From Samsonia erythrinae (lineage in GTDB: Bacteria > Pseudomonadota > Gammaproteobacteria > Enterobacterales > Enterobacteriaceae), in assembly GCF_004342665.1 (NCBI RefSeq), contig NZ_SMBY01000004.1, positions 177,198 to 217,197 of the forward strand: a DNA stretch of 40,000 nt, written 5' to 3'. Under the pieces are notes generated by a model that saw only the letters and a list, made by a program, of their open reading frames with translations, did not search any database and was not told the DNA's origin. Position numbers and translations under genes: made by a program. Each line of letters starts with the position of its first letter. The stretch's first letter is position 1. Below are positions 9,815-20,409 of the stretch, in pieces.

Positions 9815-10168
9815 TTAAATCTCCTGTTCAATTTCCAGACGTTGGATCTGGAGGCCGTCATCCGCCACAATTCGCAGGTTGTCGCTGTTACAGTGCGGGC
9901 AGCGACGGACCTGAATCGTCACCAGTGTGACAGCCTGCTGGCAATCATTACACCAGCACTCCGCCTCTTGTTGCTGGAGGTGAAGCTGGCATCCTTCAGC
10001 CAGTGTGCCGCGGCAGACCAGTTCGAAGCAGAAGTCCAGAGCGCTGGCTTCTACGCAAGAAAACACGCCGACGGAAAGCCAGACGGCGGTGACTTTTTTA
10101 GCCCCATGTTGCAAGGCCTGCTGTGAAATGATTTCAACTGCACGCTGACAAAGAGTGAGCTCGTGCAT
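9815..10168 (-). CDS. hypA: hydrogenase nickel-insertion protein HypA
   Basis: 117 aa. MHE N-terminal Ni site. Zn-site cysteines CNDC...CPHC. GGAGG Shine-Dalgarno element upstream. Confidence 0.9.
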   Translation of the reverse strand: MHELTLCQRAVEIISQQALQHGAKKVTAVWLSVGVFSCVEASALDFCFELVCRGTLAEGCQLHLQQQEAECWCNDCQQAVTLVTIQVRRCPHCNSDNLRIVADDGLQIQRLEIEQEI

Positions 10169-10199
10169 AGCGCCTCCAACGCGTTAGTGATAGGTATCC

Positions 10200-10215
10200 A
10201 GCAAGTAGCGTGCCA
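10200..10215 (-). promoter_or_regulatory. sigma54 (-24/-12) promoter candidate for hypABCDE
   Basis: The minus strand reads TGGCACGCTACTTGCT, which fits TGGCAC-N5-TTGC with canonical GG-to-GC spacing. It lies ~32-47 nt upstream of the hypA ATG (10168). In E. coli the hyp operon has an FhlA-dependent sigma54 promoter. Confidence 0.65.
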
Positions 10216-10366
10216 ACGGCATTTTTGTTTCTTACCCACAGCGATACTGGCGTGTTATAGCGTGTATTTTTTTTATATGGGCGGGGTTATACGACGATTT
10301 TATCGGTTCGGCTTATCTGCTTTTTTTGTGAAAAAGAGCAGGGTTGCTGAGACAGCATTTTATTTT

Positions 10367-10398
10367 TCGACAATAATGACGAGACAAATTTGTCGACA
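10367..10398. promoter_or_regulatory. dyad-containing candidate FhlA/HyfR upstream activating sequence
   Basis: TCGACA-ATAATGACGAGACAAATT-TGTCGACA. TCGACA is repeated, and TGTCGACA is itself a palindrome. It lies ~150-200 bp upstream of the hypA -24/-12 element. The assignment rests on position and on a vague memory of TGTCG/CGACA-type FhlA sites. Confidence 0.3.
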
Positions 10399-10665
10399 TA
10401 TTTTCAGACCGTTAAATGGGTAATTTGCGATCTTTCATTCTCCATCCCCTGAATCCCTCTTATTCGTGAACGACCGCTAATATTTCTCCTCAGTGACAAT
10501 AAAATAATCATTAGAGCCGAAAGTCTTGTAATAGGGGAAAACGGCAAGTAACACCATAAATGAGAATCAATTTCAAAAAAGAAAATCAGGTGTCAGATCA
10601 ATATATCGTCTGATTACGATTCTATTACTTCGCATTACCCTTACAATAAATGTGTCTTTCTGAAT

Positions 10666-12654
10666 GTGACGACCAGGTTCCCGATGATCTCACTTAGCGC
10701 TCCCTGTCATACCGATAGCCACGATAACCGGCAGAAAGCCCTGGCGGATATTGCAGATGAGTTATTACATCAGCAGAATGAGACGGATGTTCTTGCTGTA
10801 TTAGCCTCACTATCCCCGCGCTGGGTGGTATTTCACAGTGTGGAACTCACGTTGCCAGACGCCGGTAAACTCAGTCAGCAGGTTTTCATCTCTGATGATA
10901 CCCAGGGACGCCTCCAGACTGGCGCGGGCGGTTATTGTGTGATGCCGCTCAACGATTTGTGTCAGTTTCCTGGGGAATTGGGTTTTATTCGCAAACAAGG
11001 TAATAATTTTACCCGCGACGAGTTGTTATTTCTTCGGCAGGTTTCCTGTCTGGCAGGCGGCGTACTTCTTCATATTTCGTTGCTTACCGAATGCCATCAA
11101 TTACGCGATCAGCGCGATCATTTTCGCATTCTTGTCGATATCACCAATTCTGTTTTATCTCATTTGGAAATGGATGCGTTGGTCGCGGAAGTGTCGCATG
11201 AAATTAACCACTTTTTTGGCATCAATTATATTGCCATGATATTGAATGATGCAGAAAAGAATGGCAATTTCTCCATTTATTCAAGTTATTACGATCCCGG
11301 TCATCCGGTAGAACGCGAACAGCGTCAGTCTCACCGTAGCGGTTCATTAGTTGAAAAAATCTTGCACAGCCGTCAGGTGCAAATGATCGATCTCAATGAT
11401 GCGCCATGCTGTGAAGCAAGCGATGCTTTTTTTGATGCGTTACGCGCGAATCACATAACGAAAATCTGCCTGTTGCCGCTTTCCTTTACCCATCAGCCGT
11501 TGGGCGTATTGGTGTTGGCGCATCCGCAAGCGGATTTTTTTCATGATGGCAATGTTGAGCTGTTAGGGCAGATCGCCGCCCGAATTGGTATCGCCGTGGA
11601 TAATGCCGCGGCCTACGGCCAGATTTCCCAGTTAAAAGATACCTTACAAAGTGAGAATATCTGGCTTAATGCCCGGATCCAGAATACCGATAGCGAAAGC
11701 GATATTATTTACCAAAGCAAGGTGATGCGTTCGGTACTGGAACAAGTCGAGATGGTGGCGTCGAGTGATAGTACGGTGCTCATTCTTGGCGAAACCGGCA
11801 CGGGTAAGGAACTTATCGCCCGAGCGATCCATAAGATGAGCCTGCGCAATAAAGAAGCCATGATCAAAATGAACTGCGCCGCGGTGCCATCGGGACTGTT
11901 GGAAAGCGATCTTTTTGGTCATGAAAAAGGGGCTTTCACCGGCGCGACAACCGTCCATATCGGTCGTTTTGAGGTAGCCGATGGTGGAACCCTCTTTCTC
12001 GATGAAATTGGCGATATGCCGCTGGAGCTTCAACCTAAACTATTGCGGGTATTGCAGGAGCGGGAAATTGAACGGATAGGCAGTAATAAAGTGATTCCCG
12101 TGAATGTCCGGCTCATCGCTGCGACTAACCGCGATCTGAAACAGATGTCATTGGATCGGGAGTTTCGGAGCGACCTGTATTACCGCCTGAATGTTTTCCC
12201 CATCTCCATTCCTCCGCTCCGTGAACGACCAGAAGATATTCCGCTATTGGCGAAATTTTTCACTCAGAAAATTGCCAGACGTATGAAACGCCATATCGAC
12301 AGTATTCCAGCGGATGCGTTACGCCAACTCAGCCGTTATCCGTGGCCGGGTAATGTACGTGAACTGGAAAATGTTATCGAAAGGGCGGTGATCCTGACCC
12401 GTGGCAGAACCTTGAATATTCAATTGCATGAATTGCAGCATGCGGCACCGTTGCCGGAAGTGAAAGAGAAGCCCGTCACATTGACGCCCCCGCCGGAAAC
12501 CGATGAGGAAGAACGGAAACGGATCGTTGAGGTATTACGTGAAACCAATGGTATTGTGGCCGGACCGCGCGGTGCGGCGATACGCCTGGGCCTGAAACGC
12601 ACCACATTGCTTTCGCGCATGCAGCGGTTGGGGATCTCAGTACACGATCTGTAG
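10666..12654 (+). CDS. fhlA: formate-responsive sigma54-dependent transcriptional activator, FhlA/HyfR family
   Basis: 662 aa; GTG at 10666, or alternatively ATG at 10684. GAF-type N-terminal region (RDHFRILVDITNSVLSHLEMDALV). AAA+ sigma54-interaction domain with GETGTGKELIARAIH, GAFTGA and LFLDEIGD. C-terminal HTH AAIRLGLKRTTLLSRMQRLGI. From memory, the central and C-terminal parts look closer to E. coli HyfR than to FhlA. Confidence 0.85.
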   Translation: MTTRFPMISLSAPCHTDSHDNRQKALADIADELLHQQNETDVLAVLASLSPRWVVFHSVELTLPDAGKLSQQVFISDDTQGRLQTGAGGYCVMPLNDLCQFPGELGFIRKQGNNFTRDELLFLRQVSCLAGGVLLHISLLTECHQLRDQRDHFRILVDITNSVLSHLEMDALVAEVSHEINHFFGINYIAMILNDAEKNGNFSIYSSYYDPGHPVEREQRQSHRSGSLVEKILHSRQVQMIDLNDAPCCEASDAFFDALRANHITKICLLPLSFTHQPLGVLVLAHPQADFFHDGNVELLGQIAARIGIAVDNAAAYGQISQLKDTLQSENIWLNARIQNTDSESDIIYQSKVMRSVLEQVEMVASSDSTVLILGETGTGKELIARAIHKMSLRNKEAMIKMNCAAVPSGLLESDLFGHEKGAFTGATTVHIGRFEVADGGTLFLDEIGDMPLELQPKLLRVLQEREIERIGSNKVIPVNVRLIAATNRDLKQMSLDREFRSDLYYRLNVFPISIPPLRERPEDIPLLAKFFTQKIARRMKRHIDSIPADALRQLSRYPWPGNVRELENVIERAVILTRGRTLNIQLHELQHAAPLPEVKEKPVTLTPPPETDEEERKRIVEVLRETNGIVAGPRGAAIRLGLKRTTLLSRMQRLGISVHDL

Positions 12655-12673
12655 TGTGAGCGTGACACTCAAA

Positions 12674-12692
12674 GGCCGGAAGCGCTCCGGCC
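12674..12692. terminator. hairpin between convergent fhlA and hycI (possible bidirectional terminator)
   Basis: GGCCGGA-AGCGC-TCCGGCC: a 7-bp GC-rich stem, with TTTGAGTG following on the minus strand and a weak T-rich run on the plus strand. Confidence 0.45.
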
Positions 12693-12701
12693 CACAGCTT
12701 T

Positions 12702-13190
12702 CTATTCTGCTTCTTCCGCCGCGCCCAGCAATGCGAAACCGCCGTCGCCGCGCCAACCGTCGAGTCGCTGATAGACGCATTCCACCGCGTGCTTAACTTT
12801 ATCGGTCATCGGGTAACAGAATCCGACGATATCTGGCTGGATACCGAGAAAAAGAACCTCATCGATCTCTTCGCTCAGTCGCTCAATCAGGAAGTTGAGT
12901 GGCATATTGTGTGTGCTCATAATGAACATGTCGGCAATGTCTCGCGGATCGATAAGGCGAATTTCACCGGGATCCAGCCCCATGTCTGCCGCATCGACAA
13001 TTAACACCCGACGCGGTTGGTGCGCGCTAACCTGATGCGCGACATTTTCCGGCATGGCGCCGCCATCAATCGCGATCCAACCGGCAACGGGGGTGGCGGT
13101 CATCATTTCTGCCAGCAAGGGGCCTGCGCCGTCATCGCCCATCATGGCGTTGCCGACGGTCAATACCACATCGGGTACGGGCGTTGTCAT
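12702..13190 (-). CDS. hycI: hydrogenase large-subunit C-terminal maturation endopeptidase HycI
   Basis: 162 aa, MTTPVPDVVLTVGNAMMGDDGAGPLLAEMM..., the HycI/HybD protease family pattern. It follows hyfJ with a 3-nt gap. Confidence 0.9.
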   Translation of the reverse strand: MTTPVPDVVLTVGNAMMGDDGAGPLLAEMMTATPVAGWIAIDGGAMPENVAHQVSAHQPRRVLIVDAADMGLDPGEIRLIDPRDIADMFIMSTHNMPLNFLIERLSEEIDEVLFLGIQPDIVGFCYPMTDKVKHAVECVYQRLDGWRGDGGFALLGAAEEAE

Positions 13191-13193
13191 GGG

Positions 13194-13610
13194 CTATTCC
13201 CCTTTTTTAACAATTAAGTAAATAGCCGGTTCGTGCTGAATTTCCGCTAATAAACGCATTAAGACGCGGCTCCAGGTGCGAAAGGGTTCCGGCCGATCTT
13301 CTTCGGCTAACGGCGCCAATGCAGGGGCCAGCAAATTCACATGGCTGGCATCGATATTAATTTCTCCAAAGGTCAGCAGACCGCGCATTTTACGCTGCGC
13401 TTCCTGATCCTCCAGCCTTTCAATCCACTGCGAATAATGGGCCAGATCGCAGGTTAATTCCGTGTTCAGGCAATCAATGATGCCGACGTGGTGACCAATT
13501 GCCAGAGAGTAGTACACGACCTGACGGGATTGTTCCGGGACGTCTTCTTTGTCGAGAAATTTCTGTCGTAACGACCAGAATACGACCTTGCCATGCGCAT
13601 GTTCAGACAT
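13194..13610 (-). CDS. hyfJ: formate hydrogenlyase maturation protein, HycH/HyfJ family
   Basis: 138 aa. [18 protein letters not shown] matches HycH/HyfJ. The start overlaps the hyfI stop by 8 nt (ATGTCTGA). Confidence 0.85.
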   Translation of the reverse strand: MSEHAHGKVVFWSLRQKFLDKEDVPEQSRQVVYYSLAIGHHVGIIDCLNTELTCDLAHYSQWIERLEDQEAQRKMRGLLTFGEINIDASHVNLLAPALAPLAEEDRPEPFRTWSRVLMRLLAEIQHEPAIYLIVKKGE

Positions 13611-14382
13611 GTCGTTCCTCTTGGAGTAAATGCATCAGACGCTGCACAATCTCACGCTGACGCGGGTCGTTTTGTTGGTTAAGCCAATTATCCAATTTTT
13701 GCGCGGCGTCATTGTGCGTGGAATCGGCCAGTAGTTTCAGGAACTGGTCGCTGATTTCGCGCCCCTGACGATAGCCGGCTAAACGGCGCGCTTCGCGCTC
13801 AACTTGCACTCTGAGAGCCAGCGGGATGGCGGGCAGTAATACGTCGGCTTTCTCGCCGGGTTGCTGCACGTGCGTTTTTCCCTTCAGTTTTTGCTCCAGC
13901 AGACCCAGTGCGACGGCAAAACCATGAAGCGTGGCGGCGGGTGTCGGTGGACAACCGGGGATCCAGACGTCGATGGGGACAATGCTTTCGCTTCCGCCCC
14001 AAACGCAGTACAGATCGTGGAAAATGCCGCCGCCGCAGCCACAGGCACCGTAGGAAATACAAATTTTCGGATCCGGCGCGGACTCATAAGCGCGGAGAGC
14101 AGGGAGTCGCATCGCGCGGGTAACGGCGCCTGTAAAGAGCAAAATATCGGCATGACGCGGCGATGCCACTACCTTGATGCCAAAACGCTCGGCATCAAAC
14201 AAGGGTGTGATAGCCGCGAAAATTTCAATTTCACAGCCGTTGCAGCCGCCACAGTCCACGCGGTAAACATAGGCGGAGCGCTGAATGTCTTTCAGCAGTT
14301 TGCCTTTCAATGCGATGGCCTGCTCATCAAGGGTGATGGGCTGACTGACGTGATGATTCACTTTAATTTCCGGCAAGCGCAT
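13603..14382 (-). CDS. hyfI: hydrogenase-4 small subunit (NuoB-like [4Fe-4S] subunit), HyfI/HycG
   Basis: ORF 13603..14394 (TTG) trimmed to the ATG at 14382, which is preceded by [26 protein letters not shown] and PGCPPTP motifs are present. Confidence 0.9.
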   Translation of the reverse strand: MRLPEIKVNHHVSQPITLDEQAIALKGKLLKDIQRSAYVYRVDCGGCNGCEIEIFAAITPLFDAERFGIKVVASPRHADILLFTGAVTRAMRLPALRAYESAPDPKICISYGACGCGGGIFHDLYCVWGGSESIVPIDVWIPGCPPTPAATLHGFAVALGLLEQKLKGKTHVQQPGEKADVLLPAIPLALRVQVEREARRLAGYRQGREISDQFLKLLADSTHNDAAQKLDNWLNQQNDPRQREIVQRLMHLLQEERHV

Positions 14383-14926
14383 TTTTTTCTCCAACGTGAT
14401 AGTTCAGATTGGTGCTGCCATGATTATCAAGACTTTGGCGTCGTTTACATGCCGGGCAGGTTTCAAACTGTGGCCGCATTTCTTCGACACTCGCGGGGTC
14501 CATCCCGGACTGCGTCAGCAGCGCCATGGCGTATTCCACGGATTTATCTGTGGTAAACGGCTGGTGACATAATCGGCAGGACAGCAGAGTGAACGTGGCC
14601 CGATTGAACAGATCCGCCTTTTGCGTAACCGCCATTTCAAAATCTTCCGACAGATGAATCGCGCGAGTGGGGCAAACCTCTTCGCAGCGGCCGCAAAAAA
14701 TGCAGCGCCCCAGAAACAACTGCCAGCTGCGGGAGCCTGCGGCAACATCGGTTTCCATGGTCAGCGCATTGGCCGGGCAGGCGACAGTACAAGCGCCGCA
14801 GGCAATACATTGCTGCGCATGATATTCCGGCCTGCCTCTGAATCCCGGAGAAACCTCCATAGGCTTGAAGGGATATTTAACCGTGACATCGCCCGCCCGC
14901 TGGATGGTTTTAAATAATTTCAGCAT
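14363..14926 (-). CDS. hyfH: hydrogenase-4 2x[4Fe-4S] ferredoxin-type subunit (NuoI-like), HyfH/HycF
   Basis: 187 aa with two CxxCxxCxxxCP clusters ([24 protein letters not shown]). Confidence 0.9.
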   Translation of the reverse strand: MLKLFKTIQRAGDVTVKYPFKPMEVSPGFRGRPEYHAQQCIACGACTVACPANALTMETDVAAGSRSWQLFLGRCIFCGRCEEVCPTRAIHLSEDFEMAVTQKADLFNRATFTLLSCRLCHQPFTTDKSVEYAMALLTQSGMDPASVEEMRPQFETCPACKRRQSLDNHGSTNLNYHVGEKNALAGN

Positions 14927-14936
14927 GATTCATCCC

Positions 14937-16670
14937 TCATTTCAGCGGTGAGTTTTTGCGCTCAATGCCGTAACGCTCGATCTCTTTATACGGAACGGTG
15001 GTCGACTTGCATTTGTTGACGTCCACAAGCGTCACGCGGTCAGTACAGGAGTAGCAGGGATCCAGACTCCCGATAATCAGCGGAGCATCAGAGACGGTAT
15101 TTCCACGCAGCATATAGCGCAGCACAGGCCAGTTCGCGTAGGTTGCGGCGCGACAGCGCCAGCGAAACAGTTTTTGGTTATCGCCCAGCATGCTCCAGTG
15201 AACATCCTCGCCGCGAGGTGCTTCTGTCCAGCCAAGCGCAAACTTATAGGGTACATATGTGAAACCTTCCGTGAGGAGCGGGCCTTCCGGCAGATTATCG
15301 AGACCGAACTCGATCATCGCCATCGAATCAAGCACCTCCTTGACCCGAACCATAACGCGGGAGAACACATCGCATCCCTCCATGGTAAACAGCGTCTTGG
15401 GTAATTGGCCATAGTTGGCGAAGTCATGATCAAAGCGCATATCGCGGGAAAAACCGCTGCCGCGAATCAAAGGACCAACCGGGCTGAAGTCACGGGCGAC
15501 ATGACGATCCAACAGGCCGACGCCTTGAGTTCGTTGCTCAATGTTCGGCGTGTGCAGCAACATTTCCACCAGTTGAGTGACCTCAGCGCGCATTTCGCGG
15601 ATCACATTGATGCCTTTGACCCGCTGTTCTTTCAGAATATCGCGCCGGATACCGCCAATAAGATTGAGACCGTACGTCTTGCGTGAAGCGGTCAACAGTT
15701 CAGCCAGCGTCATCGATTTCTCCCGGACGCGGAAGAACTGCATAAAACCGGTATCGAAACCAACGAAATGGCTGGAGAGTCCAATATTCAACAAGTGGCT
15801 ATGCAGACGCTCAACTTCCAGCAGCACGCTGCGAATGGCGTGAGCCCGCGGCGGCACATAAATGCCCAGTGCGTTTTCAACGGAGGTGGCATAGGCCACA
15901 CTGTGAGCAAAACCGCAAATGCCACAGACCCGATCGGACAGGAAAGTCACTTCGTTATATCCCATACGGGTTTCCGCCAGTTTTTCCATGCCGCGGTGGA
16001 CGTAGAACAGACGATAATCCGCATCGACAATGTGTTCGCCGTCCACAAACAGGCGGAAGTGACCCGGTTCATCAGAGGTGATATGCATGGGACCGATCGG
16101 CACAATGCGCGCTTCGCTACCGCCTTCGTTGATAAACTGATAGGTTTCCGCTTCTGCGGACGGCGTCGGGCGCTGGCGGTAATCCATGGTATCTTTGCGC
16201 AACGGATAGAGATCGTCCGGCCAGTCGTCCGGGAGTACCAGCCGGCGTTCATCCGGGAGCCCCACCGGAATTAATCCATACATATCCCGGATTTCACGTT
16301 CGCCCCATACCGCCGCGGGCACGCGTGGTGTTACCGACGGGAACTCACGGGTGATGGGATCCACGTGAGCTTTGACAATCACCCAACATTTTTCACCTTG
16401 TTCCATCGACAGCGCATAATAGACCGCATAATCGCCGGTTAATGTGCGTTCATCATTCCCGAAGAGTACGGGTAACCAACCGCCGAGTTGATAGTACAGA
16501 TATTCGACGACATCGGGCAGTGATTCCGTTTTCACCGTGATCGTCAACTGGTCACGGGTTTGCCATTCTTCATCTAATACGGCTGCTGGGAATTGCTGAC
16601 GCACCTGAGCGAGGTAGTCTGCGCCGCGTTTCTCGCCGCTAATGGCAGTGATGTGGTTATCGTAGCTCAC
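14937..16670 (-). CDS. hyfG: hydrogenase-4 [NiFe] catalytic large subunit (NuoC/NuoD fusion), HyfG/HycE
   Basis: ORF 14937..16700 trimmed to the GTG at 16670, which is preceded by GGAGAG. N-terminal NiFe ligands [10 protein letters not shown] and C-terminal DPCYSCTDR, followed by a 32-aa extension (VTLVDV...NSPLK) of the kind removed by HycI. Aligns along its length with E. coli HycE as I recall it. Confidence 0.9.
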   Translation of the reverse strand: MSYDNHITAISGEKRGADYLAQVRQQFPAAVLDEEWQTRDQLTITVKTESLPDVVEYLYYQLGGWLPVLFGNDERTLTGDYAVYYALSMEQGEKCWVIVKAHVDPITREFPSVTPRVPAAVWGEREIRDMYGLIPVGLPDERRLVLPDDWPDDLYPLRKDTMDYRQRPTPSAEAETYQFINEGGSEARIVPIGPMHITSDEPGHFRLFVDGEHIVDADYRLFYVHRGMEKLAETRMGYNEVTFLSDRVCGICGFAHSVAYATSVENALGIYVPPRAHAIRSVLLEVERLHSHLLNIGLSSHFVGFDTGFMQFFRVREKSMTLAELLTASRKTYGLNLIGGIRRDILKEQRVKGINVIREMRAEVTQLVEMLLHTPNIEQRTQGVGLLDRHVARDFSPVGPLIRGSGFSRDMRFDHDFANYGQLPKTLFTMEGCDVFSRVMVRVKEVLDSMAMIEFGLDNLPEGPLLTEGFTYVPYKFALGWTEAPRGEDVHWSMLGDNQKLFRWRCRAATYANWPVLRYMLRGNTVSDAPLIIGSLDPCYSCTDRVTLVDVNKCKSTTVPYKEIERYGIERKNSPLK

Positions 16671-18267
16671 TTTTCTCTCCTGACGGGGTAGTAACGGCAT
16701 GGTGACGGGGCGTCTGGGAATTCACGTAACGGGCGGCCCACGGCCAGTGATAATGAGGCGGCACGGCTGAGACATCGCCTTGTAGCACCACGGTGGCGGC
16801 ATTTTCTAAAAGGCGCACAATGGGTTGTGGAATATGGGTCCCCATCATCAGCATCATGATCAGGAGGATCGCCATCGGTAACGTGGTGAGTAGGCCTAAC
16901 TCGCCTTTACTGACCTGCTCCGGCGGGTTACCAAACAATATGGCCGCGATCGCGCGCACTAAACCACCAAGGACAAGGGTCAACAGCATCAACAAGATAA
17001 TCGTCAGCCAGAGATGGTCGGCCGCCAGACCCGCAATGACGATCATAAATTCGCTGAGGAACACGTTGAATGGCGGCATCCCCCCCAGACCCAGCGCACC
17101 GCCGGCCAGCAGCACGGCGGAAAACGGCACCACTTTCAGCATGCCTCTGGCTACCGTGATATCACGGGTGCCATATTTCAGCAGCACGTTGCCGGAGCCG
17201 CAGAACAGCAGGGTCTTACCCAGACTGTGATTAAGCGTGTGCAGCAGCGCCGCCAGGATCCCCAGAGGGCCGCCGATACCCAGCGCGACGGCAATCAGCC
17301 CCATATTTTCCACGGAAGAGTAGGCGAGCAGACGTTTGATATCGTTTTGCACCAGAATAAAGCAGGCCGCGATGCCCACGGAAAGCAGGCCGAAAATCAG
17401 TAACAAGGTCCCCGTGAAAGCATGACCAATCGTATGGCTAATGATGATGTGATAGCGAAGGATGATCAGCAACGCGCAGTTTAGGAGAACCGCCGACAGC
17501 AGGGCGCTGACCGGGCTTGGCGCCTCGCTATGCGCATCGGGCAGCCAGGCATGCATCGGGAACAGACCGGTTTTGGTGCCAAAGCCAATCAACACAAAAA
17601 CGAAAGCCAACGACATGAGTGTGGCATCCAATTGCGGCGCGTATTTCAGCACGTCGGTCCAGAAAATGGCGTCGTCTGGATTCGGTAGAATATTGGAGGC
17701 ATTGGCGTAGACCAGGATTGTCCCGAACAGGCCAAAGGCCACGCCGACGGAGCAGATAATGATGTATTTCCACGCGGCTTCCAGCGATGAACGTTGGTTG
17801 TAAGTTCCCACCAGAAAGGCGGAGCTAAGCGTGGTGGCTTCAATCGCCGCCCACATCATAATCAGGTTGTTGCTGGTAATGACCAGCAACATGGTGAAGA
17901 TAAACAGATGGAAGAAACCATAATAGTGACATAATCCGGCAACGCTCACTTCGCCGTCATCGACCTCATGGCGCATGTAGCCCATGGAATAGAGACCGGT
18001 GATAAAGCTCACGATACCAAGGATCGCCAGAAACAGCGCGCTCAGGCTGTCAAGGTGTAGCCATTTGTTGGCGGCGAGAATGTCACCTTGCTGATAAATC
18101 AGCATGACGACCCCAACGCACTCTGCTAACAGTGCGGCAATTCCCACGGCATGCACTATCGTGGTCAGCTTGCGCGCGGCGGCCCCCGTCAGACGGCAGG
18201 CGAAACTCAGCACCGCAATACACAGTGGCGTCAGCAGCAAATATAAAAGCGCAGATGTATTGCTCAT
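16657..18267 (-). CDS. hyfF: hydrogenase-4 membrane subunit HyfF (NuoL/M/N antiporter-like)
   Basis: 536 aa, polytopic. [39 protein letters not shown] and [13 protein letters not shown] are present. Its 3' end overlaps the proposed hyfG start by 14 nt. Confidence 0.85.
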   Translation of the reverse strand: MSNTSALLYLLLTPLCIAVLSFACRLTGAAARKLTTIVHAVGIAALLAECVGVVMLIYQQGDILAANKWLHLDSLSALFLAILGIVSFITGLYSMGYMRHEVDDGEVSVAGLCHYYGFFHLFIFTMLLVITSNNLIMMWAAIEATTLSSAFLVGTYNQRSSLEAAWKYIIICSVGVAFGLFGTILVYANASNILPNPDDAIFWTDVLKYAPQLDATLMSLAFVFVLIGFGTKTGLFPMHAWLPDAHSEAPSPVSALLSAVLLNCALLIILRYHIIISHTIGHAFTGTLLLIFGLLSVGIAACFILVQNDIKRLLAYSSVENMGLIAVALGIGGPLGILAALLHTLNHSLGKTLLFCGSGNVLLKYGTRDITVARGMLKVVPFSAVLLAGGALGLGGMPPFNVFLSEFMIVIAGLAADHLWLTIILLMLLTLVLGGLVRAIAAILFGNPPEQVSKGELGLLTTLPMAILLIMMLMMGTHIPQPIVRLLENAATVVLQGDVSAVPPHYHWPWAARYVNSQTPRHHAVTTPSGEKSELR

Positions 18268-18271
18268 TCCA

Positions 18272-18922
18272 TTACCCCTTCAGCGCTGTCAACTGGTCGA
18301 CGCTTAACGTATTGAGCGTGCGCCAGATTTTACGGGCGAGTACCGTCATGATGATGACAGCAAAGATCGCGTCGGTGGCGATGCCGATTTCAACCAGTTC
18401 CGGGGCTTTATGCGCCAGCAGGGCCAGCGTCAGGTGCGAGCCGTTTTCCATCAGGCAGTAGCCAAACACCTGTTTAAGAATGTTGCGTTGCGTCACGATG
18501 CACAGCAGCCCGACAAGGAAATGACCCAGCGATACGGCCAGTGCGGGTTTTAGTTCTACCAGCAGCGGCACCTTCACCGGTTCGACCACGAACCAACACA
18601 GCACCACAATGATGGCCGTAATCAGCATCAGAACGGGTAAGCTCACGACACTGCCGTCGTGTTCAGGATCGCGCATGGTACGGAAGGCGTACCCCATGAT
18701 GATGGGCACTAATACCACTTTGGTGATGAAGGCGCTAAGCGCCCACATACTGAGTTCATGCGCGTTAAGGGTAAAAGCCAGCGTGACAAAAATCAGCACC
18801 AGAAGTAACGATTGCAAAGCGTACAGCCAGCAGGACGCGCTGGGTCGTTTCACGCCGATCACCATCAGCGAGGTGAATATCATCAGCCCCGCCAGGTTAT
18901 TAACAATAAGCGAACCGGTCAT
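18272..18922 (-). CDS. hyfE: hydrogenase-4 membrane subunit HyfE (NuoK-like region)
   Basis: ORF 18272..18928 (TTG) trimmed to the ATG at 18922, giving [14 protein letters not shown]..., 216 aa as in E. coli HyfE. AGGAAG lies upstream. C-terminal part: [11 protein letters not shown]...[12 protein letters not shown]. Confidence 0.85.
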   Translation of the reverse strand: MTGSLIVNNLAGLMIFTSLMVIGVKRPSASCWLYALQSLLLVLIFVTLAFTLNAHELSMWALSAFITKVVLVPIIMGYAFRTMRDPEHDGSVVSLPVLMLITAIIVVLCWFVVEPVKVPLLVELKPALAVSLGHFLVGLLCIVTQRNILKQVFGYCLMENGSHLTLALLAHKAPELVEIGIATDAIFAVIIMTVLARKIWRTLNTLSVDQLTALKG

Positions 18923-18934
18923 AATCAATCTTCC

Positions 18935-20392
18935 TTATCCAAGCCAGGCAACGGCGATGACACTGGAGGCGAACGACATCACAATCAGTATCAACAGCAC
19001 CAGACGCATCGAGGTCGGCAGCGGTGAGGCCTGCAATACGTCTTCGCTGGGTTGACCGGGAATGACCCGACCAAACCAGTAGAGCAGCCAGGCGAAGCTG
19101 GCAACGGACTCAACCAACACCAGCACCATGATTGGCGTCATCACCCAGAACTCACGAGACAGGGCAAATCCTGCGGCGAAGAGCGGAAATTTACTGAAGA
19201 AACCATTGAGTGGCGGCACACCGGCAATCGCCAGCGTGGCGATACAAAAACCCACCCCGACGATCGGCATTTTACTGAGTACCCCGCGCAGCTGTGGCAA
19301 CATGCGAGTGCCGCAACAGTAACTGAGGGAACCCGCCACCAGAAAGAACAGGCTCTTGGCAAAAGCATGGTTGAAGATATAGGCAATACCGGCGTTGAGC
19401 GCGTTCTGAGAACCGAAGACGGCAATTGACAGCGCCAGAAAGATGTAACCCAGTTGGGTAATGGTGGACCAGGCGAGCAAACGCTTCATGTCTTTCTGCG
19501 GCAGGTACATCAGGAAACCGTAGATGATGGTCAGGGTCGCCATGACGATACCCACCCAACCGATGATGTGCGGTATATGGCCTGATTCGATAATCGAACG
19601 GGCAAAAATGTAGACACCCACTTTTACCATTGACGCGGCGTGCAGGTATGCGCTGACAGGGGTCGGCGCTTCCATCGCATCGGGCAGCCAGGCTTGTAGC
19701 GGCAACTGAGCGGACTTGCCCCAGGCAGCAAACAGGATCCCACCGAATGTCAGCAGGGCGGGAAGGCCGTCCAATTGCGAGAGCGCGCTCAGGTCAAAGG
19801 TGCCGGTATTAATAAATAGCGTCGCCGCCGCAATAAAGAGACCCAGCGAAGCCACATGAGTGATCAGCAAGGCTTTCATGGCCGAACGTTGGGATTTCGC
19901 CGTCTGGTAGTAGCCAATCAGCGCCCAGGAACAACCGCCCGTGATTTCAAAAAACACCAGTTGACCAAGCAGGGTGGAAGATAATACCAGCCCCACCATG
20001 GCACCGATAAAAATCAGCAGGAAGGCATAGTAACGATTCTCGCCATCGTGCGGATGTTCACGGTTCCCCCTATTCAGATAACCCACGGAGTAGACACTCA
20101 CCAGCAGGCCGAGGAACACCACGGCGAAGACAATCAGCGTACTAATACGGTCAAGAATGAAACCGAACAATGCCGTATCGCCATAGCTCAGCAGAGGAAT
20201 GACCATATCGGCTTTGCTGTTGTCGATGAATTCCCAACCAAGGGCGACAGTGCCCAACGTCGCCAGCAGGGCGAACAGGACACAGACCCATTTCGCGATT
20301 GACTTTGGCGAACAAGCGGTCAATAACGCACCAATAAACGGCAGCAACAATGTCGCGAGTGCCGTATGGGTCATTAAGGATGAACTTTCCAT
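18935..20392 (-). CDS. hyfD: hydrogenase-4 membrane subunit HyfD (NuoL/M/N antiporter-like)
   Basis: 485 aa. QAWLPDAMEAPTPVSAYLHAASMVKVG and KRLLAWSTITQLG are present. The start may instead be the ATG at 20374 (MTHTALATLLLPFIG), which matches the E. coli HyfD N-terminus length. Confidence 0.85.
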   Translation of the reverse strand: MESSSLMTHTALATLLLPFIGALLTACSPKSIAKWVCVLFALLATLGTVALGWEFIDNSKADMVIPLLSYGDTALFGFILDRISTLIVFAVVFLGLLVSVYSVGYLNRGNREHPHDGENRYYAFLLIFIGAMVGLVLSSTLLGQLVFFEITGGCSWALIGYYQTAKSQRSAMKALLITHVASLGLFIAAATLFINTGTFDLSALSQLDGLPALLTFGGILFAAWGKSAQLPLQAWLPDAMEAPTPVSAYLHAASMVKVGVYIFARSIIESGHIPHIIGWVGIVMATLTIIYGFLMYLPQKDMKRLLAWSTITQLGYIFLALSIAVFGSQNALNAGIAYIFNHAFAKSLFFLVAGSLSYCCGTRMLPQLRGVLSKMPIVGVGFCIATLAIAGVPPLNGFFSKFPLFAAGFALSREFWVMTPIMVLVLVESVASFAWLLYWFGRVIPGQPSEDVLQASPLPTSMRLVLLILIVMSFASSVIAVAWLG

Positions 20393-20409
20393 AATGTTTT
20401 CCAGACTCC

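Noticed and set aside
10248-10262. TGGCGTGTTATAGCG on the plus strand, which looks like a sigma54 element facing fhlA.
   Set aside because: The GG-to-GC spacing is one base short of the invariant -24/-12 spacing, and the -12 context is poor. It also lies ~400 bp from the fhlA start.
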